Source of the DNA: the human T2T-CHM13v2.0 reference genome, Homo sapiens | Length of the DNA: 64,000 bases | Assembly: GCF_009914755.1 (NCBI RefSeq) | Contig: NC_060931.1 | Reading direction: 5' to 3' (one strand) | Shown: piece by piece, positions 63,330 to 64,000 of the stretch | How the letters are laid out: each line of letters begins with the position of its first letter | Numbering within the stretch: the first letter of the stretch is position 1 | Notes under the pieces: model-generated | What the model saw: the letters and a program-made list of their open reading frames with translations, nothing else | What the model was told of the DNA's origin: nothing | Database searches by the model: none | Program-made: the position numbers and the translations under genes

Positions 63330-64000
63330 ATATGTTTTAAGATTTTCTTTCTTTTTTTTTAATAGAGACCTGGTCTTACTATGTTGCCTAGGCTGAAGTA
63401 CAGTGGCTATTCACAAGTGCAGTCATAGTTCACTACAGCCTCAAACTCCTGGGCTCAAGTGATCCTCCTGCCTCAACCTCCTGAGTAGCTGGGACTACAG
63501 GCATGCACCACCACACCTGGCTCTATTTCTTAAGATTTTTCCATATACAAAATGATGTTATCTAAAAATAGAGATAGTTTTACTTCTCTCTTTCCAATCT
63601 GGATGTCTTTTCTTTTTATTGCGTAGTTGCTTTGGCTAGAACCTCCAGTACAATGCTGAATACAGGTGGCGAGAGCAGACATCCTTGTCTCGTTCCCGAT
63701 CTTAGGGTGAAAGCTTTCAGACTTTCCCCATTAAGTACAATATTAGCTTTGGGTGTTTTGTAGATGATCTTTATCAGGTTGCAGAATTTTCCTTCTATTC
63801 CTAGTTTTGTTGAGCTATCTGGCCTGAGATTCTCTTTGTGGGATGTTTGAAAATTAATTGTCATAGTTTTTAGACTATAGACTGATAGTTCTATCAGTCT
63901 TTTTACTTGTTATAGTTCTCTTCAGATTTTCTAATTCTTCTTGAGTCAAATTTGGCTGTTTGTGTCATTCAAGAAATTAGTTCATCTCATCTAAGTCATC
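62480..64000 (-). mobile_element. Decayed L1M (LINE-1) ORF2 region, with Alu monomer 63342-63521 and (TG)/(CT)n at ~63280-63328
   Basis: ORF-track peptides [34 protein letters not shown] (L1 reverse transcriptase) and KLDPFFTLCAKINSQW (L1 ORF2 C-terminal part); multiple stops and deletions. Confidence 0.92.

Noticed and set aside
62513-63864. Reverse-transcriptase-like ORFs
   Set aside because: Short fragments of a decayed L1 ORF2 with stops and deletions; not functional.

Overview
This is primate (human-like) non-coding DNA made almost entirely of interspersed repeats. By eye there are about 85 Alu elements or fragments (roughly 35-40% of the window). There are also many solo LTRs (HERV-W LTR17, THE1B/C/D, MER21, MER39, MER4A1, MLT1/2, LTR16, LTR33 and others), hAT and mariner DNA-transposon relics (MER1A, MER20, MER5, MADE1), L1, L2 and MIR fragments, and microsatellites. 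No credible protein-coding gene, tRNA, rRNA or CRISPR array is visible; the ORF track is explained by Alus, the (TA)n tract and a decayed L1 ORF2. One full-length Y1 RNA retropseudogene is present (50304-50412, minus strand). I found no new multi-gene system. The most notable signals are small-scale genome-evolution events. An Alu is flanked by a ~185-bp direct duplication (8814-9512). A tailless Alu is bracketed by a perfect 37-bp templated repeat (53445-53778). An 86-bp mini-THE1D LTR keeps both termini and its TSD. A complete HERV-W solo LTR sits in the last bases of another LTR, and there are closely spaced inverted Alu pairs. A few repeat-free islands carry clustered developmental TF motifs, notably PBX-HOX plus MEIS at ~33.1-33.3 kb. 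Repeat subfamily names come from memory of consensus sequences and need confirmation with RepeatMasker/Dfam; most boundaries are +/- ~10 bp.
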